Of a stretch of DNA of 64,000 bases, positions 1 through 14,500 are shown piece after piece (the first letter of the stretch is position 1; each line of letters begins with the position of its first letter). The stretch comes from Bugula neritina. Lineage: Eukaryota; Animalia; Bryozoa. Under the pieces are notes generated by a model. It made no database searches. It was not told where the DNA came from and saw only the letters and a list, made by a program, of their open reading frames with translations. The position numbers and the translations under genes are program-made. The stretch covers positions 21,733,319 to 21,797,318 of the forward strand of contig OZ037768.1 in NCBI GenBank assembly GCA_964035545.1, read 5' to 3'.

Positions 1-2524
1 TGTACATACACAAGGTACAACTAAATTGAGTAAGTCACATTTGGAGCTGTTCAAAATACTCAATTACTATAAATTAATAAATAAACAAAATAATTCCTTA
101 TCAAAAGTTTGAGTGTTTCTATTTACAGCCTACATCACTAATTAGTATAATTATAATACTCAGTCAAGTCAAACTCTAAAACTTTGCCTGTTTGGTGTTT
201 TACCTGCATGAACCCGTTTGTTTTCTAATTGGGAGTTACTTAACCATGTAAACAATATGTTAATATAAGGAATGAGGAAGGTTAAGATTAAGCTTCAAGC
301 ATAACATTCAAAACACAACTACCAATGGGTGACAATAGTTAGTTCACCTACCAATGCATCTTTTAACTGCAATGAGAAACACACCAGAACATGTATAATA
401 ATAATAGCAGCTGAAAACCTAAATTTAAGAAAATAATGTAAACTAATATAAATATTGAAACTTTCTTTCTTGTATTGTTAGCATAGAACTTAAAGCAGAT
501 TCTTGACTGCAGTTACGGGTTTCTGAAACAGTAGATATGTGTCTAGTTGAGTGACTCTCTAGTCTACATGTATATGTATGTTTATATATATATAACCCAT
601 TAATGTGTAATGATATTCCTACATCACTCAAGTTACTTAAGTAGCTTCAAAGTCTACCGCCTTAGTGCAAACATACAAGTACAATCCAGACTATATAATA
701 ATGTCAGCCAAAGTCATACATTATGCAATATATAGACATATGAAATGTAAAATTGCAATAAAGTTTCATGTTGAAATTAGGAGTTTTCTTTCCATTAAAT
801 AAGAACTAAAAAAGACCAAACACATTAAGATTTCAATACAGCAAGACTTAGAGCTCATAGTATTCTATCACCACTGATACAACAATGGAAATGATACTAA
901 CTCAACGAATTGGGTAGAAGGTTGCATCAAACAGTAACTACAGGAAATAGATAATTTGACTGTAATTGAAATTTAGTCACACATAATACAAAATAAAATA
1001 TAATAATAATAATGATTAGTAAACAACAGCTAAGCTTTGCCATTTTCATAATGTTTAGATTTCAAGAAAAATGATCAAAAAAGTAGACTGGCAAGTTTTC
1101 ACTAAAACAACTACCAAAATAAACGGTGGTGTGGTGGAAAACTTCGTAAAGCTATTCAATTTTCAAGTTTTTAGCAATGACTATGCAGAAAAACTTGATA
1201 CAATTTCAAAATGAGGCCTTTTAAATTTGTGATCTCAGTGACAACATTTAATTAATTTTTTTACTTCAATTTTCTAAGTTATACAAGATAAAACATATTA
1301 TAAGCTGCAAAATTCTATGATTTGATGAAGTTGAAATTCATTGTATATCAGCTTGAATTATCACTGAAATAAAACAATTTCTTTCTCAATAGTCCTATGC
1401 AGCACTTTTAATTTAATGAAGACTTTCCGCTAATCAACCTAATAATGTAATCATCCTGATAATGGGCATAAAATGCTAAATGGAATTTGAAAATGAAGTT
1501 CGAGAGGAATCTAGTCGAATCATGAGACATATTTGTATGAAAGTAGAAAGTTAATATACTAACACATAAGGGAAAGGTAGAACATTTAAACTTAAATATA
1601 TATCTATCAATATTATATATACACAATTGGTATTATAAACCTAAAAACTAAAAATATAACATAAAACATATTGTGTACCCTTGAAAATGCTTTTGGAAGC
1701 CGAATCTAAAATAAATAAAGATTAGCTGTATACAAAACCTTTCATTTTACTAATTAAGCTGAGGAAAAATGAAAGTTTGACTCTGAAAACTGAGTATGTA
1801 CACCAGAACCATTATCTCCGGCTACCAATCAGACTATTTAGGCTTTAGACTTGAAACATTTTTGGATATTCATCTTATCACCCAATAGGTAGAATGTACA
1901 GTATATAACTGGATATGTACATAATTAAATAGGAGTTGTCTCACCCAAAGCAACCCAAACACACTTTGCATAGATGACGAGCAGTGTTAGCAAGATGAGT
2001 GTTTTATTCACTGAACTGAAACTATAAGTTATAGTTCAATGGTTTTATTGACTTTAAGTGTCTGATAAACAGGATAACTCCCAATTAGAGTAAGTGTAAA
2101 AATCTTACGTAGTATTGTTTGCAAATTCCTTATTAGGAGACCATAAAAGATTGTTATTTGTATTTAAAACTTAGTAAAAGTTATATTTCCAAGTAACCAG
2201 AATATTTTTTAAAGTAATGCTAACATTTAACAATAAAAGATGTACAGCTTTAAGTTAGGGCATGCCTCCTTTGAGACAATTTCATCTTATTATTTAAACA
2301 CGCCCACCCTCCCTGGAATCATTCAAAACTGAGCTCTGAAGCTATTTCTGACTGTATGTACACACAGTTCTACAACCACGTTGTCCATTAAAATTTAATC
2401 ATTGCTTAATTTTGTAAAAATAGTTAGCTGAAAAATTCCAATTGTTTATTGAAAAAGAAGACAATTCTCATTGACTTCCACACTTCAAAGAAAGCTGTTG
2501 ATTCAATTGTTAGTTGAGACATAC

Positions 2525-5500
2525 CTGGGCCATTTTTGCGGAAGCATGTTTAGAATTGTGTGATGGTGGAGAATCAGGAAAGAGGTTACCAGTTGAGCCG
2601 TACGCTTGGTCGGCCGAGCTCTGGTCAGCCGATGGAAGACCTTCTGTGAGAGATTTTGACCTCTGCTCCGCCTCCAGTTTAGCAGACGTAGGTTGGAGTT
2701 GGGTGCGGAGACTGACGTCTGATCTAGTCTCGTCTGCTAATAAGACACCATCACCACAAATTAATAATTTTACAGAAGTCCATTAGCTATGATGTCAGAA
2801 TAGTTTCAGGTAGAAGAGAAGTTATTTATAACGCTATGTTATAGCCCATCAGCTGCTATCAAGGTGTGAGTAAACAGGTAATAACTAACAGCAACTGTTG
2901 TAAGAGCTGTTTATAATGATTTATAATGTTTTAAAAGCAGACATAATTTGCTATTCTTGTGTAGGCTGAGGTACAAGGTATTGCGACCAGATGGTGGTAA
3001 TATAAAGCATTCATATATCTTACTCATAGCGCTTCTATAACTATCAAATAATAATTCCAGAGTATAACCGGTAACATTTATAATACATGGTAGCAAAATG
3101 AAACTTTCTATCATAGCATCAAGCTTTGAGAGCAAGCAAAGATCTTTCTCACACAGGCAGCAGCAAAGTCACCCGATCACAAGACTTCAACTAGCAGACA
3201 ATGCCGTATAACAATTACACACAGCAAACATAACCTTCTGTGTGTTTGTATTATGCAAAGCAAATTATTCTTAAAGACAAACATGGTTACTCTCCGATCA
3301 TTTTTCTATACACACATTTGTAGTACCAACAGTTTAATATTTAACATAAAATGTCAATACGCTATGTCAATATTAAAGCAGAAGCAATTTCAACATAACC
3401 ATAGACCCAATGCTAACATATTCAATATTATAATAGTCATAGTTTAAATGTTTTCAGTGAGGTTATATGTATACTGAAAGTAGAGTTAGTGCAATAGTTA
3501 TAAGTGAAGAGTTGGTGAAATAGTTATAAGGGTAGAGTTAGTGCACTAGTTGTGAGAATTGAGATAGTGTAGTGGTTATAAGAGCAGAACCATTAGTATT
3601 ACAAAAGCAGGGTAAATGTAGAAACTAGAAGTAAATTAATTTTCAATATATAAAACATGCTAAGTTGGAATAAAACAGCCAAAGTAAAACAAATAAACTG
3701 CATGAAGGTGGTAGGGCGGTGTCTAACAAAAATTAGTCACTGTTGTCAGCATAGGATTTCGTATTTTCCAGCACTACGAGCTACAAACTAATGCCCTAGT
3801 ATTATTGTATATAATATATACAATATAGTATATTGTATTACTGTATTGTTGTATTATTGTATATATATTGGGTTAGAATATGTAGAGATGTGCAAACATG
3901 TAGTGGCAATGCAAATCTTTTTGATACAGCTGACTAGCTGTGACGGCAGCGTACATACTCTATCTATTGATTCCCTATTGGCCAACGTCACCTGACCAGG
4001 GAGTACATAGATTAAAGGATAGCAAAAAGTTGTAGGCGTAATGTAAAGTCACACAATCATTGTTGTACAAAGTTATTAGCTTACACCGTCTAAGAGGGCA
4101 TAAGAGTCTATGAAGCTTCTCTATTTTTGACATATTGATTTTCAGCATACAGATAGGAGTGTTGAGTAAACAGTCCTCTCTCCTCTACTAACTGCTGGTG
4201 ATTAGCTACATTCATGAATATTTTATGATTGCCTATTTGATATGTCACATTCAGTTTTATAAAAAATGTATCACCCATATTGCATGCTGGTAGAGCAAAT
4301 TCCTTTAGCTACTATTCTATCCTTATCCTATTCCACATGAAATATTTCACCATTAGCTGAAAAAGCCAGCAGTCAAAGCTTTAGGCCATATCTGTATTTG
4401 ATATAATGTTGGCTAAAGGAAAGATTTGTATAAGCCATAACTGTAGAACATGATAAAGTTTTTGGAACTGAAAGTTAGAAACTCAAAATCAGTTATTCAA
4501 TAGAGAAAACTTTAAAATAACAATGGACAAAATTTTAGTGATAAAAAATGGAAATTTTAATATTACTGTATATGTACTACACATATACATATACTACACA
4601 GAAGTATATGTGTATGTATATATACAAATAATGCAGGTGTGTATGTGTATGTATATGTATGAGTAAACTTCCATATCTATATTTGTATGTATATTATATA
4701 TGTGTATATCCATGTATATGTACCAGTATATTTATATAATATACATAATTTATCTAGTTTCATACAGTGCAAAGTAAACCAAACACTCACACCAATACTA
4801 TATATAGGCCAGAAGTTTAATTATTGAGAAATAAAGATTTGAAAATAATCTTTCTAAGTAAACGTATTCAAGTATTGTGTGGAGACAAAACTACAAAAAC
4901 AGTGAGCTGATCAATAACAGCAGAGTGTTTGCTGTTGATGTGAAATTATTTGTGATATTGGAATTATATTTGACACCTAATTACACAAAGTCATGACCAC
5001 ATGAAAGACTTTGTGTATCTCTAGTTGAGTTTATATACCATATCAATACATTAGGACGAACAAAATCAATTGCTATAAAATAGAACTTAGTAGTAGTTCT
5101 TAGATAATGTTTGTATGACTGCCACTAATATACTTAATGCTGCTACTACGCATATAGTGAAAATTAAAAAGAACATTTTGTAATTGAACTTAGAGGCCAT
5201 ACAGCTTCAAAAATAAAATAAATTTTGTTAGTGCCTATAAACTCAAAATTTGCAAACAATTTATTTTAATTTTATCTGTACAAATCTGAAATATTTTTAT
5301 CATGTGACTAACAATCTAGCATTATTCAGTTGGTTATTAATTTAGTAAAATTAAATAAAACGATAAGATTTGACAAGAATATGATTAAAAATTAAATTTA
5401 TTGGCTTATTTTCTGTTTGAAGGTGAAAGAAGTTTGAGTTTAAGAATTAGCATGCTGTTGACATTATAGGAAGGGCTAGAGATTCCTGCCCTCTGACATA

Positions 5501-8500
5501 TATGTGGAACATTTTCAAAGCTGGAAAGTTACATGTACATTTATCAAAGACACCCGCCACCAGATACAGCAAACAGACAGACATAGCTGAGAGCTTTCAA
5601 GTATGCATGGAGTCACTTACTAAATATTCCAGGGTCAAGGGTGTTTGCTCGAACCCGGCTAATAGGCTGAAATAAAGCTACAAGAAATAAAATCCTAAAT
5701 GAAGGAATAAATATTATTGACAAGAATGGCAGCTGAAATTTTCATTTATACTAGGGTTAAAATTTGCGGCCTTGCTTCAGTAACAACAAATTGACAGGTC
5801 AAGGTGGTTGTTCAATGATCTGGACTCTAGAGCATACAAATAGTCTAGAGAACCAAACACATTAATGAATGTTGAGGGAATGTTTAAACACATTAGGGGA
5901 AACTAGCTCTACTCAGGCTTTTTAAATTTGCTGTTATTTGAATGACAGGTAACTTTATTTAGTCAGTTTAAATGCAGGTCGGCTGTAAAGTACAGTTCAA
6001 GTTTGTAAATATTGGTGTGTTTCAACAGAATCAAGCTTAAAACAGTTTCCTTTAAGTAGCCAAAGGTTCACCATTGAGTCATCCAATAGAAATTCATAAC
6101 CATGTGCTACTCAAATTTGTAAACAAATTTGCTCATGTTTGATACTTTAGATACTTGTTGTATATTAGAAGATGAGGGCCTGCTGTGACGATTCATCAAG
6201 TAGCAATGTTTCCTTGTAAAGCCGGAGTAGTAAGTTAGGATGTTCAATAAAATAGTAGCAGCAATACAACAAACATATTTTTTACACACAAAACGGCTTA
6301 AGAATTGCTGATGAAGAATAGAAGTTATCGAGATTAGAAAAATATATTCAAATGGGAAAGTTTGTAGAAATGGGAAGTTAATTTGTCATAATTTAGATAT
6401 TTTGTTTTTCTTTAATTTTCAGAAATATTATTCATCTCAATCAGCAGTGAACAATTCGGACCCCTGATTAATTCAGAATTTACATGGCAGCAGAGAGAGG
6501 TTGGAGTATATTGAGGGGCAGTTAGAGAAAGCCCAATAATTGATAAATAACAATTTAAGCTAGAGTCCAGATGCCGAATTCACAAGCTTATGAAGATTGA
6601 TGTGAATTAATTATGCTCTAATTGGGCTGCCTACTAAGTCATGGGTAATCAATAGCAGCATCTACCAAACATGATGAGCATCAAATACACAGACACCACT
6701 TCTATAGGATATTGAAAGTAATATCGTTTTTTCATAGCAGGGTTTTTAAAGTAGGCTATGTAGCAGTTGAAATGGAGGATTAAAACTTGGAGTTGTCCCT
6801 ACTACAGGATGCAGATCAGCATAGCACGCCGTAATACAATCTAACACTTTGGGGACATTATGTCAGAATAACCAAGATTAGCATTGTAAAAAGTGGAGGC
6901 AACTCAGCAAATTCTTTACAGTGATGCAAGCTGTATGTTTTAAGATAAAGTAAACACCTTTGCGAACTCAGGATGACAATAATTTTTGTTAAAAAGTGGA
7001 AATGAATGAGTTTAAAGCCACCAGCACTTAGTATTATACATATGTCTATAGCTATATTGTCAACTAGCAGAAAAAATTTAAAGAATTACGATTATGAAAG
7101 ATTTGATGATTTTAAAAATATAGTTCTAAATGTATAATAAAAAGCTGTGCTAGAAGCATTTTCAACTCTAGTTTTTCTGTATCACGCATGAAGTAAGTAA
7201 TAAAGACGGCAGCATTTTGAGTCAGAGACATCATAAACATAAAAACAACAACAAATACCACTAAACTAAAACATAAACCCCTTTAAAAGAAATTAAAGTG
7301 AAAAAAATATGCGAGTATAGCAAATTAACGATGTCAACGGCAGCTCACCTGTGACATGGTCATCATTGTAGTAAGCAGAGGAGGCTTGTGCCTTCTGTGA
7401 CGAGTCTCGAGCCAAAAGACAAGAAGAGGAAATGGTGCTAATCTCGCCAGGCGAGTTCGGCTCCACCGACAGTCTGTTATTGTTGGTCTTGTCAAGGGTT
7501 GTCATCTCATGACCTTCTTCTACGGAGGTGACCTCAATCAGAGGCTGGCAGGGTTTGTTGCCGTTCACAAGAGATTTCTCACCACTCGCAAGTTTGGGCT
7601 TCTTCCTCCTTCTGGCTAATCGGCTAAATATATTTCCTGAAAAAGAGTTCTCAAATGTTAGAGAAGTTATGCTTCCTATATCACTACTACCAAAAATGGG
7701 GAAATCAGGCTACACAAGTTGGAATCTTGGGTTGCTATTAACTACTGAGTTGCTTTATAAATAAATTATTTATTATTTTGCTAAACTAAAAGCCTGTTAA
7801 AGATCATAATATTGATTATTTTATATTTTACTCTACTACAAACAAACCTGGAACAATTCAAGGCATCAAATACCTACTCCAAATAAATATACAGTGAAAA
7901 GCTAGCCAATTTAGCTATTTTATTTAAACCTACTAGTTCTAATGAAGCATGATTGAATCTGGACTGATCTTGTGGACTTACTAACTCTCTGGTTTTTAGA
8001 TTTAAATTATTACTATATGTAGAGTATTCAAAACTTTGTTTTGAATGCCATCTTATTTGTCTGCAAACAGTAGGAGTGGATAAGAAATTGTGTTAACAAG
8101 GGCTGCCGATAATGCAGACTGACTTTGGCAGATGACAGCACTGTATTTAGAATTCAACTTTAGAGGTATAGAATAAGATAATTCTGTAATACATTGCATG
8201 TTTGTGCTAGTAACTTAGTCAAACAAATCTCAATAATTTCCCACATATTACGTTCACCAGCTAGCTCTAACTCAAACATTGACTTAAACAGAACATTATT
8301 ATATATATATATCTTAAACAAATAGAAATCTAATTTAAATAAAGTGTTTATGAAGTTACCAACACAAACTGGAGTGTTGTGAATAGATGTAATGTATACT
8401 CATAATATGTATGTGTATAGTTTTCAACTTTATGATTCTAAAGTCCCAGAATTTATACACTGTTTGCATACACACAACACAGGTGTAGTGTTCAATGAAT

Positions 8501-11500
8501 AAAGGGAATTTTGGATTATAATTTTAAGTATAGTGAAAGCATAGATTAGTCATAAAGTTTCTGTACACAATTTGAAGAGATGGTGGCATTCAACTTTCAT
8601 TTAGCTGCAACAGCAGCAGCAGCAGCAAGTGAAGAAGCTATAAAATTGAATCAAACACATTCTTAGCTTTGCTTGAGGTAATTAGAAAGGGAAAACACTC
8701 TCTAGTAAAAACCTAATGAGTAGATATACATCAATGAATATTTAATGCTGCAATTTTGCTCTATTATGATAAACCTAACTTGTTTAAAATCATAACCAGC
8801 CTACTTAAAAAAATATAATTACGTTGTAATGGCAGGCATCACAGAGTAGAGAGGTGAGTTGACATTGATAAAAGGACCTTAGTTTGATACTTTCTCCACT
8901 ATGAATAATGAGATCATAGCTTCTCAGGGGAGCAATCTAGAGATTGGCATTCACTTAAGGAAAATTGAATAAATAGAACGTACATAGCTTTAGGAATCGT
9001 AGAGAGGGCAAATAGACGAGTGCAATGTAAGACTGACGGAAGGTGAGCTGGTATGAATCCTCTGTAAAATGCAGCAGCAATTCACTCACATCACTTTGGC
9101 AGCGAAATGCTCAAATCAATAAAATAAATTAGATTTGGTGAGTGGCACATCAGATGAATTTTATGGCAGGGATTCACGCAGCCCCTAGGTGTAAGTATCA
9201 CCAGATGAAGAGCTTTGGGCTACATAATTATCAGCTTTGTTATAATGACACTAAATTCTCTCTAAAATGTAAAGTTGATCCCTTTCTTTTCATAAAACCA
9301 AGAGTAGGGAGAAATTAGTACCTTATACAACATAGCCTGAATACCATCACATCATGCTGACAATGAGGGTGGACATGATACACCTCCTACTAGTTCACAT
9401 AGATTACCTTCACTAGTGAGCCCATTCTTCTTGTGTTTGTGAGAGCTCTCAGTCATATCCTCAAAGTTGAGAATGAACATGATGATCTCGGAGTGCTCAT
9501 TCTTAACTGGTGCCAGCAGCAGGCTACAGGGGAACTTTTCTCCTGAGGGTATACAGTGACACTGTCAGTGATAGTGAGTACAGTAGAGTGACATTGTCAG
9601 TCATACTGAGTAAAGTAGAGTGATACTGTCAATGATACTGAGTAGAGTGATACTGTCAGTGATACTGAGTAGAAAGATACTGCCAGTGATACTGAGTATG
9701 GTACAATTACAATGGAAGTCTACCATATGCAACTTTATTTTATAAAAATACAGAGAAAAATCATTATGGTTTTAACTTTTCCACTACTAGATTTTTTGTC
9801 ATATTGACACTTCAGCTGAACACTTTTGACCACTTTTTTGACAAACAAAATGCATCAATTTGAAATTACAAACTTACAGAGGAGAAATATAAAAAAAAAA
9901 AAATCAGTGTTTTGGTTTACAACTTTTTTTCATATTTAGTCAGTTTAAGAGTCTGAAAACAATTTACATTGAATTTATATCTATTAATAAGAAGTCTGAT
10001 CAGAAGTATATTATTTGCTGGCTTGTGTTTTATTTTTTATTCTAAATTTATTTTTACTACTTGTGGTGAAGCTTCTAAATTTACTCAATCACAAACCACA
10101 AATTATCAAACTTTTCGCCATATACAACTGTCTTAATCTGGCCCTATTCTAGTGAAAGTAAAAATATTCCAAATGTTTTGTGGTATCCTAGCAACCAATA
10201 TCTGAAAGTAATGTTACAGAAACAAACCATTCTTCCTATAGAGAAGAAGTTGTATCAGTTTCTCAGAGCTGCCCTGCAGTGATTCTCTCAGTTTGATCAC
10301 CATCTGACGGTTGGTGTGGGGGCCGTGTAGGAACTCACATGCACACGACTTCTGCATCACCTCGGCCCTCGAGTAGCCACTCAAGTCACAGAACCCGTCA
10401 TTGCAGAAGATGATTGGAGTATTCTCCACATTGGCATTTGCTATGACGAAATTCCTATCTGAAATAGTTAAGAAAAAACCAACTGTTAAGAGTTTGTAAC
10501 AAAATACAGAAATAATGTATGCTATAGCTACTGTGCATAGCTACTGTGGATATTGACTGTAGGTATTGACTGTAGGTATTGACTGTAGGTATTGACTGTA
10601 GGTATTGACTGTGGCTATTAACTGTTTGCTAACTTTGGTATAATTTAATCACGGTTCAATTTCTGCCACTTCTGTTTTGAGCTATCTTAGCTTTATACAA
10701 CAATTTTTTTAATTTAGAAATTGAATAGTTTTACTAATTATACAATGTATCATTAACAGTAGGAAACTAGGAATGTATTAAATGAAACAAACTGTAGTTA
10801 TTCTGCTAATGCGTAGTAATCCAAATTGCATGAATAATATAATGAACTAAGTATAATTATAGAGAGAATGTAGATATTACGCTGTACTGAATATATAATT
10901 AAGAGCAATTGCTTTATAATCATTAAGAGTAATTATTATTTTAACACGTTACTACAAATAGTTGGATAAAACACAAATTAATTGTTACTCAACATTGCTG
11001 AATCATTTCTAGCAGCCAATGAATATGAAGCATGCAGACTTGAACAATTGTGAGCAAAATGCTTACGCAAAATAAAACTATTTAAAACTGGAATTTGTGG
11101 TAGTTTATCATAAGATAATTTACTGGGTGACCATTCTTTATCTCCAAAGCTGCTCCAACACATATAAAAGTTAGTACATGCATTTGTTGAACTAGTTTTA
11201 AACATGTTAACATTATACAGCTTATCATCTGACTGTGTATAAATTTGGCTTGCTGATTTAGAATTAGAAAAGAGCAGTGAATACGAAATATGAATAACTG
11301 AGGTCGATAGTTATATACCTTCTAGAGTATTCTGCACTGAAGTCTCCACTTCACATTAGTAAAAGTGGCAGTAATTCAAGTCTTAGTAGTTAACCAACTC
11401 CAATATATTATTTTGATAATTTCTGTAAATCTACCACAGATAACTTTTTAACTTTTCTTGAAAAATGAATGCAGATATTTATAGATAAAAAGGAGAAAAT

Positions 11501-14500
11501 ATAATGCAGCAATAGTCAATTGAACTGTCTAGTGCTAGTAGTAAGAAGCAAAGCTTCATACCGGCACATCACAAGTGCAATCAATAAATTGTATCGAGGA
11601 AAAAGACGGCCTCACTATAGGAATCACACTGAATATGTCAATAATTCATGATTTCTTGTGCAATTACAGAAGTTGGGTACAGTTGACTATGTAATTGGAT
11701 TAGCTGTATTGCAGCAATGTTACAGTACAGAATTGGCTGAAGTACATTGAATAATAAATTTAATTATGAGCTTTTAGAATGCTTGGATTAAATAGCCCCA
11801 TATTGCATAATTGTCATTTAATATTGAGTTGGCAAATCAACTTTAACTTCACCTCGTTGTAATAATCACTGTATGTCGCATAAAAATCTACGTTATACTT
11901 TGCTACAGTTTATAAAATCAGGGTTTATTAAAAAGTTGGTTTTGTTTAGTTTACAAAATAATGTTGCCCCACCCCCACTGGGCTTCGAATTGGAGTCCTT
12001 CAGCTTGAAAGCATTAACCATTACACCACTTCACTACTGGGTATTCCCACCACTACACAGTTAAAAGCATTATTTTAGACCTAATATTTTATAGATTCGA
12101 TCAAATTCACTAGAATAAATTTATATCCCTGTGTTATTGCCTTTGAGCTAAGAACAGTGGAGTGCTGTTGATAGAGCAGCTCATCTGCAGTTATAGTTAT
12201 ATTTCAAAACAAGCTGTAAAACATTGAATCACTCCAATACAGGAGCAAATGATGGAGCAGTATCCCTAACTTTAAGCTAATTTTATTAAAAATTGATAAG
12301 TATATCCCTCCAACACTTTCGGAGATAACCTGCCCACGACATGGAGTTTTGCTTTGGGTTTAGACAGCTTAGCAAATCAGAACTAAAAAGATCCCTTTGT
12401 GTTTGAACATATATAAGATCTTAAAATTTATGACTAGAAAAGTCTATAATTATATTATTATCAAACCTACAATCTATGCATTATAACTCGTTTGATTAAT
12501 TCATTGCTGCTTATATGTAATCATCTACCTATTAATATAATTGCATTCACATAAATTTAGTATTGGAAAACTTAAATTAAGCTTTAATTAAAGCGTACAA
12601 ACTGCCGAAAGCATTACCGCAGCTAGAATTTTCCAGAAAGTGAGTTATATTAATACAGGTATGTATAAAAGTATATAAGCAGCTGCGGTTTTCACTATTT
12701 TACAAATTTGCGTGTAAATATTATGTACAGCTGGGCTGGTATCAGTTATACAGCAGCTAAGCTCTAGATTGTAACATGTAAATTCAGCAACTGTTTAATT
12801 ACACACCTTGCAGTATGCCACTGATTCACATGCAGACTACTTACTAAGTACTGCATTTAGCCATCTCTACTAATCCTTAGGCTATGATCCATTTGCATGC
12901 TGCAGAAATACCTTTGATTAATTAATTGCTACTAAATGAAGTGGCTGTTAGGTTTAATTCCAACTTTTTTTTTGTTGAAATATGAAAATCCTATTCAAAT
13001 TTCATAGTTTTGTGGTTTCATCGAAATTAATAACTTCGATAGCAAAATAAAATGCAACAAAGTCTGAACATATTCAAAGTAAATAAGAAAAAAAGAAAAA
13101 AACTGCAGTTACTTTTGGACCAGATTTTGATTGGCATTCAATAATCTTGTGTAACCCTAAAACAAATATGCAATTAGCATATATGTATTTTATTATTTAA
13201 AGCATCAGATTAGATAATTTTACTGGGGGAGAGTTGATTTATTTATTTATTTTATGCACCAAAGCTTCGCTAATTTAGTAGCTACCCAAGTAAAAACCCC
13301 TTAATTGCTACGAAAACTCTTTAGCTGGCCGGGTTTGGTAAACACCAAGGGCGTCAACCTTTAACCTACCTTTAACCATTATAAAACATAAAAGCCTCAT
13401 GTGCAATTATCAACGGAGGTAGCACACACTTGGTTACTGAACAATACCAACTCTCAATAAAACTGAAAAAATCAAGTCAAATCTCTAACCACCAATAGGT
13501 TAAGTTCTCAAGCCATCAGAAAAAGGCAAATGAGTTTTTGGACAAAGCCAAAAAAGTGACATAACTATTCATAATTGTACAGTGTTGAAAATATCATTGC
13601 TGAACATAAAAGAATTTCTACACCCATATTGTCCCAGTATATACCCAAACTAATTTTCCTGTTACGCACTGTTAAATCTAAAATGTTGCAATTTTGTTTA
13701 TTGAACAAATAAATTGATGCCGAATGGTGGCCAAACCAATTTGATGTAGTACCAACAAATACTTCGAGAGTGAAACATTTAGCATAAAAGTCTTAAATGC
13801 ATTGACTTATATTTAGAAGATGATAATTTAGTTACCCGACATCTTACTTCGGGCATAAGAAGATTTTAAAGTGAATTGACATGATAATAAGCTAATTGAC
13901 ACCGATCTCTAACCTTTAGTAAATATGAGTAGTATACTTAGGGCTGAAGTTGATTATTGCAGCTCAATGTTAGTATCAATGTTCAGTACATGCTTTTAAA
14001 AGAACAATTGAATAATAGCTATCAAATGAAATTTATTGATCTGTGGGTAAATAATAATGAATAAAGAAGGAATGGAATACATCTTTATCATTTTGCCAGT
14101 AGTTATCAAATTACTCTAATGATTAATTTGATTTAAAACATGCTGATTCAGACTAGGAGATTTTAGTTTGGCGTAGTGGTTATCCTTACACAAATCATTA
14201 AGTGTGCCCACTAATTTTATTTGTTACTAGCTAAAAAGTTGTATTTCCAGTATTGTGTAATTTTGCTTTATGAGCAATGTTAGAAACATGATAAAGTTCT
14301 AGTATAGTGAGGTAGTAAATACGCAGTACTTCTTGGCATATAACATACGGTCTGATGCTAATATTTTAGTTCCTTACATAAAAAATGAAATAATTGAGCC
14401 GTGACAATTGACTTTGTTAAATATTAGGCTCATTCAGCAAGCAGAGCTTTTAATATTCAGCTATAAAATATTCAGCTAACATTAGCTGAAAGCAAACATT

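Noticed and set aside
2514-2786. Plus-strand 90-aa ORF (and 7528-7764, 15026-15238)
   Set aside because: Antisense to KCNH exons, which explain the lack of stops.
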